From a virus (lineage: Duplodnaviria; Caudoviricetes), in the IMG/VR virus record IMGVR_UViG_2932675082_000001, positions 1-64,000 of that record: DNA of 64,000 nucleotides; one strand, 5' to 3'. This document shows, in pieces, positions 55,444 through 64,000 of the stretch. Both the position numbers and the translations under genes were made by a program. Position 1 is the stretch's first letter. The number at the start of each line of letters is the position of its first letter. The notes under the pieces were generated by a model. That model was not told the origin of the DNA. It worked only from the letters and a program-made list of their open reading frames with translations, and ran no database searches.

Positions 55444-55625
55444 GGTTGGGGCTCCAGGTGGGCGACGATGGCAGCGAACTGGTCGTCGAAGCGGGCCTGC
55501 TCGGTGTCGCGGCGCTGGAGTTCGGCGGCGGCTCGGCCGGCTGCGACGTAGTCCGCGCAGATCTGGCGGAACCACCAGAGGCCGATGAGGGTGGCGCAGG
55601 TGGCGAGGATGGTCCAGGGGTTCAT
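55440..55625 (-). CDS. small membrane protein
   Basis: MNPWTILATCATLIGLWWF. Confidence 0.55.
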   Translation of the reverse strand: MNPWTILATCATLIGLWWFRQICADYVAAGRAAAELQRRDTEQARFDDQFAAIVAHLEPQP

Positions 55626-55713
55626 GTGCGTCTCCGGGGGTGGAGGGCGAGGAGGGTGGCGGTGAGGCCGGCGCCGTAGAGGGCGCCGGCCAGGGCCAGC
55701 CAGGGGCTGACGG

Positions 55714-56115
55714 TCACGCGGTGGAGCCGGGGTTGAGCCGCTGGCGGACCCACTCCGCGTCGGCGTCGGAGACGTGGGCGCCGGACGGTCGGGCGACGTG
55801 GATGGTGGTGGGCTGGCCGTCGCCGTCCCGGGCGTCGGCGACGCGGGCGTGCCAGGTGCCGGATGCCGAGGGCCGGTGGCCGTCGGGGCAGTGCGGGCAG
55901 TTGTCGGTGTAGCCGTGGATTGCGTTCGGGTTGCTGTCGAGGCCGGTGGGGATGGCGGACGGCATGACGGCGGCCACCGCGGCGGCCCAGGCGTTCTGGA
56001 TGCGGTCACCGAGCTGGTCCCAGGCGGGCATGGGGCGGCCGTCGTGGGTGAGGCCGCCGGTGGCGGCGCCGTACGCCTGATAGGCGGTCTGGGTGGGGGT
56101 TAGGGGGCGGGTCAC
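55714..56115 (-). CDS. hypothetical protein
   Basis: AYQAYGAATGGLTHDGRPMPAWDQL. Confidence 0.6.
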   Translation of the reverse strand: MTRPLTPTQTAYQAYGAATGGLTHDGRPMPAWDQLGDRIQNAWAAAVAAVMPSAIPTGLDSNPNAIHGYTDNCPHCPDGHRPSASGTWHARVADARDGDGQPTTIHVARPSGAHVSDADAEWVRQRLNPGSTA

Positions 56116-56354
56116 TGCTGGCCTTCCTGGGCGTCGCGGATGAGCCGGTAGCCGGTGCTGGTGGGTCGGAAGCGGTCGAGGCGGATCCGGCTGGTCCTCT
56201 TTGGGCGGGCACCCTGGATGTCGTCCCGGCTGGCGGTTACGAGGGTGACGGTGGCGTGGGTGTTGTCGACCGACTCGATGCGGATGGTGCGGCCGACGTT
56301 GCGCTTGTCGTTGTCGGCCCAGACCTGGCCGGGGCGGACGGGCTGCTCGGTCAC
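56112..56354 (-). CDS. small SH3-like hypothetical protein
   Basis: VRPGQVWADNDKR..GRTIRI...RIRLDRF.P...GYRL. Confidence 0.6.
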   Translation of the reverse strand: MTEQPVRPGQVWADNDKRNVGRTIRIESVDNTHATVTLVTASRDDIQGARPKRTSRIRLDRFRPTSTGYRLIRDAQEGQQ

Positions 56355-56833
56355 TGCTGGCCGCCGTTCTGGCCGAGCACCGCGCGGGCGAAGTCGAGGG
56401 CGTGCTCGCTGTCCTCGGGGCCGGCAGCGGCGTGCTGCTGGAACTCGGCCTCGTCGTCGAGCCAGTGGGCGATCAGCAGGCCGAGGGTGGGGTCCATGGT
56501 GGCGATCCACTCGCCGTACGGGCGGACGACGTTGGGCACTCGCCTGCCCCCGCGAGCGGGGCCACCGCCCGTGACGACCTTGCCGTCCTGGGTGCGGACG
56601 GTGCCGAATCCGCCGTACTCCGGGTGGTCGTGCCGCTGGGTGTAGATCCAGTGGGCGCTGCCGTGGGTGGTGGTGGCGGTGGCGAGGTCTCGGAGCCGCT
56701 GGGCTGCGGCGGCGAGCAGGTCGGCGGGCTGGTCGGACGGGGCGGTCGACGCGGCCAGCCTCGCGGCGGTGCGTTCTTCGGATCGGGCAAGCACATCGTT
56801 GATGTACATGCGCTGCTCGTAGCGGTCGGTCAC
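56351..56833 (-). CDS. hypothetical protein
   Basis: WIATMDPTLGLLIAHWL...ALDFARAVL. Confidence 0.65.
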   Translation of the reverse strand: MTDRYEQRMYINDVLARSEERTAARLAASTAPSDQPADLLAAAAQRLRDLATATTTHGSAHWIYTQRHDHPEYGGFGTVRTQDGKVVTGGGPARGGRRVPNVVRPYGEWIATMDPTLGLLIAHWLDDEAEFQQHAAAGPEDSEHALDFARAVLGQNGGQQ

Positions 56834-56890
56834 GGTGTGCTCCTCGGGCGGAAGTTGGGGGCCTGCCGCCGGGCGGCAGGCCGGGGCGGG

Positions 56891-57106
56891 TCAGGCGTCG
56901 GGGGTGAGGTTCTCGCCGCACTCGGCGCACCTCGAGTGGGCGCCGAGGAGGCCGCCCATGGCGTCGTGAAGGTGGATCATGTGGACGTCGCCGCCGCAGC
57001 CGGCGTGCTCGACGTTCTCGGCGCGGTAGGTGTGCTCCGGGCCGCCGCCCCAGTCCTCGGTGTGGATGAGGGTCCACTCAATCTGGTCGGCTTCGATCTT
57101 GCTCAC
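56891..57106 (-). CDS. small hypothetical protein
   Basis: HxxC...CxxC. Confidence 0.55.
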   Translation of the reverse strand: MSKIEADQIEWTLIHTEDWGGGPEHTYRAENVEHAGCGGDVHMIHLHDAMGGLLGAHSRCAECGENLTPDA

Positions 57107-57169
57107 GGTGTGCTCCTTGGGGTTGGGGCCGCCCGCACCCCGCGGGCGGCGTCGGGCGTCAGCGGGGTG

Positions 57170-57346
57170 TCAGTTGCCTTCGGGGTCGATGAGCTGGAGG
57201 CCGAGGGCCTCGCGCAGTTCGTCGTCGAGGAGGAGGGCAACGGGCTGGCCGTCGTCGGTGAGGCAGCAGACGATGGTCTGGTCGTCGGGGTTGTCCGGGT
57301 TGGGGTGGATGACGGTGCGGTCCCAGCGGACGATGAGCGGGTCCAT
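57170..57346 (-). CDS. small hypothetical protein
   Basis: GGAGA RBS; MDPLIVRWDR. Confidence 0.55.
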   Translation of the reverse strand: MDPLIVRWDRTVIHPNPDNPDDQTIVCCLTDDGQPVALLLDDELREALGLQLIDPEGN

Positions 57347-57386
57347 GGCGGGTCTCCGTGGTGGGTGTGGTGGGCGGCCGGTGGGC

Positions 57387-57746
57387 TCAGCTGGCCCAGT
57401 ACTCCTCGTCGGCCTGCTCGTCGTCGGCGGCGTCCTCGTAGGCGGTGACCATGACGGTGATGCCAGCAATGCGGGCAGTGGCGCGGTGCTGGGTGCGGCC
57501 GAGGAACGGCGTCTGCTCGACGCTGGTGCCGGTGGAGTTGGCCCAGGCAGTGACGGCGTGGGGGTTGTCGCCGACCTGGATCTCCAGCAGCGGGCCGATA
57601 TTTCCCTGGCCGTCGATGCCCTCGGCGTGGAGTCGTTCGACGGGGAGGCCGGGGCTGGTGGCGAGGATGCTCGTGGCGGCTTGGGCGGCAGTGAGCGTGT
57701 GTTCGGCGAGGATCACGAGGTGGGCGGGGTTGGTCTCGGTGGCCAT
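57387..57746 (-). CDS. hypothetical protein
   Basis: 119 aa; GGAGA RBS. Confidence 0.6.
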   Translation of the reverse strand: MATETNPAHLVILAEHTLTAAQAATSILATSPGLPVERLHAEGIDGQGNIGPLLEIQVGDNPHAVTAWANSTGTSVEQTPFLGRTQHRATARIAGITVMVTAYEDAADDEQADEEYWAS

Positions 57747-57804
57747 GCGGGTCTCCGTGGTGGGTGTGTGGTGGGCGGCCGTGGGTGCCGGCCGCCCGGG
57801 GTGG

Positions 57805-59409
57805 TCAGGCGGCTGCCTGGAGGTCTTCGCCGGTGATGGACTCGACTAGGGCGGACATCAGCACCTCGGCGGCGGGCGGGGTGACGGCGTTGCCGTACTG
57901 GCGGACCTGCTCGCGCTTGTTGCCGAGCACGGTGTAGTCGGTGCCGAACGCCATGGCGGCGCCGATCTCGCGCGGGCTGAGCATCCGAAACAGGCACTCC
58001 TCGACGTCGAGGTCGGGGGAGACCAGGGCGTGTCGGTCGACCGTGGTGACCGTGGGGGCGGGCTGGTCGGTCGGGCGGGCGGTGCCGTTGCCGTAGTACG
58101 GGACGAGCAGGCCCTCGGTCTCGCGGGTGGTCCGGGCGCGGAACGGCTCGCGCACGGGCCGGGCTTCGTCGTTCCAGGTGCCGCCCGCGGGGACGAGCAT
58201 CGGCCAGCTGACGAGGGACTGGTGTCCGGCGGTGGTCAGGGTCCGGAGCGGTTCGGTGGCCGGGGTGCAGTGCTCGCCGCCGTTGCCGGTGGAGCTGTTG
58301 TTCCGCATGACCATCGCGGCTGCGGGGTGGACGAGGCCGTGGTGGTTGCCGGAGGCGCACACGGTGGCGAGCGGGTCGGAGGCGGGCCGGTGGTCGGAGC
58401 CGCCGCCGCGGAGTTCGGCGAGGAAGGGTTCGAACCAGGCGAGGCTGGTCTCGTTGCGGGTGGTCATGGTCCGCAGCGGGTCGTCGACCGGGGCGGCGTT
58501 CTTGCCCTCGCGGCCTTCGACGGGGACGGCGAGGGGGCGGGCGTACTTGGCGAGGCCGGCGCGGATGCGGGCGAGGGTCTTGGCGGCGAGGGGCTTGGTG
58601 CGGTCGCCGATGCGCTGGCCGGGCTGGGTCCAGTCGATCGCGGCGGCCGCGGGGAGAGCCCAGGGTTCGACGACGGCCCAGCAGCCGGGGACGGGGCAGC
58701 GGTAGACGTACTGGGCGCGGTAGCGGCCCCATTCGCGGTCGGGGTTCTTCCAGGACTGGACGGCCTGGACGCGCCCGTGCTCGGGGCAGATGGCGTCGGG
58801 GCGGGTCCACTTCTCGACCTGGGGGGCGCGGTTGCCCTTGAGCCAGTACATGACGTACATGCGGTCGCGGGACTGGGGGGCGAGCGGGGTGCCGAACCTC
58901 GGCCTGGCGTGCATGGAGTTGAGGTAGACGAGCCGCATGTCGTAGCCGAGGGCGCGGATGGCCATGCACCAGGCGTCGAACAACGCCCAGTTGCGGGCGT
59001 CGACGACGTTCTCGACGACGCCGCCGAGGACGGGCCGGCCCCGCAGGCTCATGGCTTCGAGGTAGCGGGGGACGTCCCACATGGTGGCGCGGGAGCGGAC
59101 GGCGGCTTCCTCGGGGAGAACCTCGCCGAACAGGTCGGGCTGGCGGTCGGCGCCGCGCTTGACGCCCTTGGCGACGGAGTGGTTGGTGCACTCGGGGCTG
59201 GCCCAGAGGAGGTCGGTGCGGGGGTAGCGGCGGAAGTCGATCTGGCTGATGTCGGCGCAGTCGTGGCGGACGTCGGGGAAGTTGTGCTGGTGGGTCTGGA
59301 CGGCGAGGTCCCAGTGGTTGGCGGCGGTGGCGACCTGGAGGCCGGGGATGTTGTGCATGCCCTGGCTGGAACCTCCGGCGCCGCAGAAGAAGTCGGTGAC
59401 GGTGAGCAT
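57805..59409 (-). CDS. C5 cytosine DNA methyltransferase (orphan)
   Basis: DFFCGAGG (motif I), ASPEC (IV), ENV (VI), QSRDR (VIII), YGNAV (X). Confidence 0.92.
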   Translation of the reverse strand: MLTVTDFFCGAGGSSQGMHNIPGLQVATAANHWDLAVQTHQHNFPDVRHDCADISQIDFRRYPRTDLLWASPECTNHSVAKGVKRGADRQPDLFGEVLPEEAAVRSRATMWDVPRYLEAMSLRGRPVLGGVVENVVDARNWALFDAWCMAIRALGYDMRLVYLNSMHARPRFGTPLAPQSRDRMYVMYWLKGNRAPQVEKWTRPDAICPEHGRVQAVQSWKNPDREWGRYRAQYVYRCPVPGCWAVVEPWALPAAAAIDWTQPGQRIGDRTKPLAAKTLARIRAGLAKYARPLAVPVEGREGKNAAPVDDPLRTMTTRNETSLAWFEPFLAELRGGGSDHRPASDPLATVCASGNHHGLVHPAAAMVMRNNSSTGNGGEHCTPATEPLRTLTTAGHQSLVSWPMLVPAGGTWNDEARPVREPFRARTTRETEGLLVPYYGNGTARPTDQPAPTVTTVDRHALVSPDLDVEECLFRMLSPREIGAAMAFGTDYTVLGNKREQVRQYGNAVTPPAAEVLMSALVESITGEDLQAAA

Positions 59410-59501
59410 GTGTTGGGCTCCTGTGGTTGGCGTGGCGGGCCCGTGGACGCCTGTTCGGGCGCTCGGGCGGGTTCGTGGTCCGGTGCGGTGCTGCGGGGCC
59501 G

Positions 59502-59972
59502 TCAGGCGGTCGTCTGCGGGCCGCTGGGGGCGGGCTCCGGGTAGCAAGCGCTGAAGTGGATGCAGGTGCAGGAGCGAACGCGGGCTCCCGAGGCGTTGCA
59601 GTCGCGCTCGCCGGCCGAGTCGTGGGCAGATTCGAGGTGGCCGCAGAACTCACAGGTGGGCGGGTCGGTCTCGGCCAGGTCCTGCGTGCGCTTCAGCACG
59701 TCCCGGAGCCGCTCGGTCTCGGCCTCCAGTTCCCGGACCCGGGCGAGCAGGGCGGGCACGTCCTGCCGAGCGGCAGCGACGAGCTCGCCGTCGGCGCGAT
59801 CACCAACGCTGATCACGATGCGGTTCTCGTCGGGGCCGTCGGTGGGGTTCTGCACGACCCACAGGTGACCGGGGTAGCCCTGACCGTCGAGGTCGTCGTG
59901 GAGGGTCCAGGGGCCGGGGGCGGCGGCGTCGCAGCGGGCCGCGATGGCGTCGAGGTCGAGGGGCTCGGTCAT
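59502..59972 (-). CDS. Ead/Ea22-like phage protein
   Basis: LDAIAARCDAAAPGPW...ADGELVAAARQDVPALLARVRELE. Confidence 0.65.
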   Translation of the reverse strand: MTEPLDLDAIAARCDAAAPGPWTLHDDLDGQGYPGHLWVVQNPTDGPDENRIVISVGDRADGELVAAARQDVPALLARVRELEAETERLRDVLKRTQDLAETDPPTCEFCGHLESAHDSAGERDCNASGARVRSCTCIHFSACYPEPAPSGPQTTA

Positions 59973-59975
59973 GGC

Positions 59976-60179
59976 TCAGGCCTCCTGGGTGGGACGGACG
60001 CAGCGCTCGTGGGTGTCGCAGCGGCAGGAGCCGCAGGCGACGCACATCTCGTCGTGCTGGGTGTCGCAGGCGGGGCATCCGCCGGTGGCCTCGGTCTCGG
60101 CCTCGTCCTCTGCGATCAGCCAGTCGATCAGGGCGTCGAGGGCTCGGCGGCTCGTGGCGGTCTGGGGCTGGGTGCTCAT
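59976..60179 (-). CDS. small Cys-rich protein
   Basis: multiple CxxC motifs. Confidence 0.55.
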   Translation of the reverse strand: MSTQPQTATSRRALDALIDWLIAEDEAETEATGGCPACDTQHDEMCVACGSCRCDTHERCVRPTQEA

Positions 60180-60613
60180 CGGGCGGTCTCCTCGGTGGCG
60201 GGGTGTTCGTGCGAGTAGCGCGGGTCGGCAGACGAGCGGCGCGGCGCGTTGCGGCAGTCACCGCCAGCGGCCAGCCACTCCGGCGAACACACCACCCACC
60301 CGGAGCGCTCGGCGTAACGACGCGACAGCTCGGCAGCGCCCGCGAGGCGCAAGCGCTCGCACTTCTGGTCGTACGTCTCTTCGGCCTGCACCCGGAGGTC
60401 GATGTGCTCCAGGTGGATGCCGCCCGCGTAGCCCTCGACCATGACCACCGGCTCGGGGCCGAGGTTCCAGGCGACGGAGCGGGTGCGGGTCTCCAGGCGC
60501 GGGTAGTCGGTCGCGCCGATCTCGGCGGCGTAGGCCGGGTTGATGCCCGGGTAGGCGGTCACCGGGGTGCCGATCGGGTAGCGCTCGTTCCACTGCTCGG
60601 CGGTCAGGTTCAT
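60176..60613 (-). CDS. hypothetical protein
   Basis: AEQWNERYPIGTPV.AYPG...TRTRSVAW. Confidence 0.65.
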   Translation of the reverse strand: MNLTAEQWNERYPIGTPVTAYPGINPAYAAEIGATDYPRLETRTRSVAWNLGPEPVVMVEGYAGGIHLEHIDLRVQAEETYDQKCERLRLAGAAELSRRYAERSGWVVCSPEWLAAGGDCRNAPRRSSADPRYSHEHPATEETAR

Positions 60614-60893
60614 CGGGTGGTCTCCTCAGGCGGCGGGTTGGGTGGTCTGGTGGGTGAGCCAGGCGTCGAGCCGGGAAGGGTGGCTGCCGGCGGCGACAGA
60701 AGGGACGTCAAGCCGCCGCTCCTGACTGCTGGGTACGGGCGGTACGCAGAATCGCGTCCCGGTAGGCGGCGAGGAGCGGTCCGAGAACTCGGTCGATGCA
60801 GTCCTGACAGCACGCTCCGTTCCGCATGAAGCTCTCGTTCAGGGCATCCAGAGCGCTCTGCTCGTCGGGTTCGTCACTCATCGGGGCCTCTGG

Positions 60894-61433
60894 CTAGAGA
60901 AGGTGGACGGGCGGACGGACGGTCACCATGTGCGGTGCCGACGGCGGTGTGGGCAGTTCGCGCGGCGGTGCGGGAGCCAGCCTCCGACGGCTGTACGGCC
61001 GCTCCGCCGGCGCCGCGTGCGGTTCGTCGACGGCCTCCAGGCCGGCCGCGGCGACTTCGATGGCCTTGTCGTACGGGGTGCCGTCGATGTGGACGAAGTA
61101 CTCGTTGCCCCAGTGCCGGGACGGGAGACCAACGACGGTCCCGACCCGGCCGGTCGCGATCACGCGCACCCGGGTCTGGGTGTGGTGGACGATCGGCGCC
61201 TCGCTGCGGTCGGCGAAGGCCCGGACCAGGCCGTCCCGCAGCCTCTGCGTGAACGCGTCGCCCTGTTCGGCGTGCTCCTGGCAGAAGTTGAGGAGCTTCT
61301 CGCGGCTCGTGCCTCGGCTAATCCAGCGGGTGGTGGTCGCGTCGGCCGTGCACGGGATCATGTCGTCGAGGTCCTCGCCGCCACCCGGCCGGGGTTTGTA
61401 GGTGAGGGCGACGTTCTCGCAGCGTGGCGTCAC
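60894..61433 (-). CDS. hypothetical protein
   Basis: 179 aa; GGAG RBS. Confidence 0.55.
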   Translation of the reverse strand: MTPRCENVALTYKPRPGGGEDLDDMIPCTADATTTRWISRGTSREKLLNFCQEHAEQGDAFTQRLRDGLVRAFADRSEAPIVHHTQTRVRVIATGRVGTVVGLPSRHWGNEYFVHIDGTPYDKAIEVAAAGLEAVDEPHAAPAERPYSRRRLAPAPPRELPTPPSAPHMVTVRPPVHLL

Positions 61434-61458
61434 GGTGTGCTCCGGGGAAGCGGGGTGG

Positions 61459-61743
61459 TCAGGTGGTGGGGTTGGCGAGCAGGTCGGCGAGCCAGGGGTC
61501 GTAGTCGATGGGCTCGGCCACTCGGGCCGGCACGTCCAAGGCCCGGGCGATGCGACACTCCGCGCCGATCCGTGCGACGGCGGCCTCCCGGTTCTCGCGG
61601 CTCCCCCACTCGGTGGCCTTCTCGGCGACGGCGGCCGCGTCTCGCTGGTCCAGCAGCTCCTGGATGTCGTGGTCCCAGCCGTCGTGCGGGCCGGGGGTGC
61701 AGATGTGGACGATGGCGGCGGCGAGGATCTGGGTGGCGGTCAC
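61459..61743 (-). CDS. hypothetical protein
   Basis: 94 aa. Confidence 0.55.
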   Translation of the reverse strand: MTATQILAAAIVHICTPGPHDGWDHDIQELLDQRDAAAVAEKATEWGSRENREAAVARIGAECRIARALDVPARVAEPIDYDPWLADLLANPTT

Positions 61744-61886
61744 AGCGGGGGCCTTCCTGGCGGCGGTACGCGGGCGGGGTGGTGGTCTGGGTTAGGCGGC
61801 GAGGGCGAGGCGGGCGAACAGCTCGGCGGCGGCCTTGTTAGTCTTCGGCCGATACACGGCGAGCGCGGCGGTGATCTGGCCGGCGG

Positions 61887-62159
61887 TCAGGCGCTGGCCG
61901 ACTTCCGTCGGCTCAGATCCAGGAGGCTCGTCTCGCCCATCAGGGCGGCATTCCGCTTGGCGATGCTGATTGCTGTGCGGATCGAGAACTCGGTGCCGGG
62001 GTCCAGGTCGAGCTCCTGCGCGATCTCATACAGGAGCTGGCGAGTCAGCTTGTTGATGCAGCCGTCAGCGCGGGCCCTGCGGACGAACACGATCGCACTG
62101 GTGGCAACCATGTCCGCGATCTCGCTGCGGGTCTTGCCCTGAGTGAGGGTGCCGGCCAT
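61887..62159 (-). CDS. hypothetical protein
   Basis: MAGTLTQGK. Confidence 0.45.
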   Translation of the reverse strand: MAGTLTQGKTRSEIADMVATSAIVFVRRARADGCINKLTRQLLYEIAQELDLDPGTEFSIRTAISIAKRNAALMGETSLLDLSRRKSASA

Positions 62160-62434
62160 GATCACCACTTCCGGTTCGCGTCGGTGCAGTCGAAGGTGGA
62201 GCCGTCCGCGTAGTGCTCGGTCCAGCCGAGCTCGCCGGTTTTGTTCGGCAGGTGGGCTACCGCGCGGCTCAGGTAGCGACCGCAGCTGGTGCAGATCCCG
62301 TCCTCGTCGGCCTCGGTATTGCGGCACTTGCGCTCGACGACCTTGGTCGGCTGGTGGCTGCGCTGATAGGCACTGCGGCGCTGCCCACTTGCGACGCCTT
62401 TCGTGTGGGTGGTCTGGGTGGTGGCAAAGTTGGT

Positions 62435-62785
62435 TCAGCCGACCTCCGCGACGAGGTGGGCGGTCTTCGGGTAGCAGGAGATGACCTGGTCGAGGATCGG
62501 CAGCTGCTCCGGCAGGTAGCCCGGGGTCACCTTCAGCCAGGACCGGTGCGCCTTGCGGGGCTTGATGCGGGTCAGCAGGCCGGAGCGGGTGATGCCGGCG
62601 GCGGCGAAAGCCTTCTTGATGCGGCCGCCGAGGACGGACTTGGTCGAGCCGATGAGCTTCTCGTCTGCGCCGAGGCTGGCCAGGTAGTTGCTGATGGTGG
62701 TGAGCCGCGGGTCGTTGAGGTCGAGGTAGTGGACCATGAGGGCGGCCTGGATGGTGCGGCGGATGGCGGTGATGGTGCGGCGCAT
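62435..62785 (-). CDS. basic hypothetical protein
   Basis: GGGAG RBS; MRRTITAIRR. Confidence 0.6.
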   Translation of the reverse strand: MRRTITAIRRTIQAALMVHYLDLNDPRLTTISNYLASLGADEKLIGSTKSVLGGRIKKAFAAAGITRSGLLTRIKPRKAHRSWLKVTPGYLPEQLPILDQVISCYPKTAHLVAEVG

Positions 62786-62829
62786 GTTGCGCTCCCGCTT
62801 GGCTACTTGGCTCGGCCCGACGCCGTTCC

Positions 62830-62933
62830 TTGTAGCTACAAAGCTAGACCTCTCGTAGCTACAAAGCAAGACGGTCGACCAAGATTTTGTAGCTACGAAA
62901 GGGTGGCCGCGCCATTGCTGCTCGTAGCTACGA
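62830..62933. promoter_or_regulatory. four palindromic operators T[TC]GTAGCTAC[AG]A
   Basis: copies at 62830, 62853, 62887, 62922 in a divergent intergenic region. Confidence 0.75.
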
Positions 62934-62950
62934 ACCGCTACCCTGCAACC

Positions 62951-63193
62951 ATGACCAACGAGACCCCGCCAGACGAACTCGCACCCCGGCAATTCCGCGC
63001 CTGGACGAGCGAGTGGAACGCCTTCGAGGACGCCACCAAGGCCATCCACCCCAAGGGCCGAAGCCCACGCGCGGCAGTCCTCCGCGACTTCATGCTCTGG
63101 TACATGCGCAGGCCCGGAGCCAAGCTGCCGGACCGACCCGCACCCGGCCCCTGGTCTGCGCCCCGCGAGGAGCACACCCAGCCCGCCGAGTAG
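62951..63193 (+). CDS. small ribbon-helix-helix-like repressor
   Basis: RQFR...EWNAFEDA...RAAVLRDFMLWYMRRPGAKLPDRP. Confidence 0.65.
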   Translation: MTNETPPDELAPRQFRAWTSEWNAFEDATKAIHPKGRSPRAAVLRDFMLWYMRRPGAKLPDRPAPGPWSAPREEHTQPAE

Positions 63194-63255
63194 CCCAAAC
63201 TGCCCCGCCAGCCGCCGGCCGATGCCGTGCGGCCATTTGTGCTGCCCGCGCCCGG

Positions 63256-63627
63256 TCACCGATCCGCCTCGAAACGTCGTACCGGTATGCCAGACGCCTC
63301 CGCACGCCGCACACAATCCGCGGTCCCACGCGAACCCGGCAGCACGAACGCCAGACAAAACCGCGCCCCAGCCGCCACCATCTGCGCGTTCCGAATCGGA
63401 CCCGCAGCCCGCCCATGTCGGTCCCAGTCGGCCGGCCACGCCTCCACCTCGACGCCGGCCCGCTGCGCCCACACCGCCGCCATCGCATCCGCACCCGTCG
63501 GACAGCCGCCGTGCACGACCACGATCGGCCGGAACGCCCTGAACGCCACCCCCAGCGCCCACTCCACCCGCGCCCGATCCGACCAGGCCCGCGAACCAGT
63601 CACCAGAATCCGCGACTTCGGGGTCAC
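63256..63627 (-). CDS. SLOG-family (DUF2493/YspA-like) protein
   Basis: ILVTGSR, VVHGGCPTGAD, ADWDRHGRAAGPIRN..M, SRGT. Confidence 0.85.
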   Translation of the reverse strand: MTPKSRILVTGSRAWSDRARVEWALGVAFRAFRPIVVVHGGCPTGADAMAAVWAQRAGVEVEAWPADWDRHGRAAGPIRNAQMVAAGARFCLAFVLPGSRGTADCVRRAEASGIPVRRFEADR

Positions 63628-63971
63628 AGCAGCACCCCCGCATCCACCAGGCGCGCCACATGCAACGTCCGCGGCGTCACACCGCCGCCGTGCACCGGCC
63701 GGCACCACACACCCGCCGCCGCCCCGCACAGCCGACACGAAGCCTCAAGACCCGGCTGGCGCACCATCAGAAGCTCCGCCGCGTGCTCATCCCGCACCCG
63801 CTCCGCATCCCGCATCGACTGGCGCAGCTGCGCCCCGGCGTCCGCCAGGCAGCGCTTCAGGTGCTCCACGCCGCGGCGAAGTTCGGCCGCCTCGACCGGC
63901 GTCAGGCAGCGGCGCCCGGCGGCGTCGAGAATCTCCGCGAGACGGGTCGCGGGCGGCGGAGGAGCGGCCAC
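63624..63971 (-). CDS. hypothetical protein with C-terminal Zn finger
   Basis: CRLCGAAAGVWC...HVAR. Confidence 0.6.
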   Translation of the reverse strand: MAAPPPPATRLAEILDAAGRRCLTPVEAAELRRGVEHLKRCLADAGAQLRQSMRDAERVRDEHAAELLMVRQPGLEASCRLCGAAAGVWCRPVHGGGVTPRTLHVARLVDAGVLL

Positions 63972-64000
63972 GGGGACCGCCGGTTTCGGAACGGTAGTGG

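Larger units (their letters stand above)
1..64000. mobile_element. temperate siphovirus-like prophage/phage of a high-GC actinomycete (boundaries outside the window)
   Basis: complete head-tail-lysis modules, cI/cro switch, replication module. Confidence 0.9.

Overview
High-GC actinobacterial (Streptomyces/Kitasatospora-like) siphovirus-type prophage or phage genome segment. No integrase or att site is visible in the window. From left to right: a lipoprotein and antirepressor; a minus-strand late operon (terminase, portal with a ParB-like C-terminal extension, minor head protein, protease/scaffold, capsid, connectors, tail tube, tail chaperones with a -1 frameshift, tape measure, tail proteins, two-domain endolysin, holins); a DNA methyltransferase broken at a G9 tract; a Ro60/TROVE gene preceded by three tandem Y-RNA-like ncRNAs, two of which carry circularly permuted tRNA-like domains; plasmid-spread-like membrane genes; a Panacea (DUF4065) toxin-antitoxin pair; a cI/cro-like switch; a replication initiator with iterons and DnaB; an accessory island (MurG-like glycosyltransferase, dTDP-glucose dehydratase/aminotransferase/formyltransferase, HTH-helical regulator, GNAT, WXG100-type nuclease toxin and immunity); then many small leftward early genes, including a C5 cytosine methyltransferase and a SLOG protein. 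The two most notable systems are the Ro60 plus triple Y-RNA array and the formamido-sugar plus MurG-paralog cassette. All family calls come from motif recognition by eye; no database search was run.
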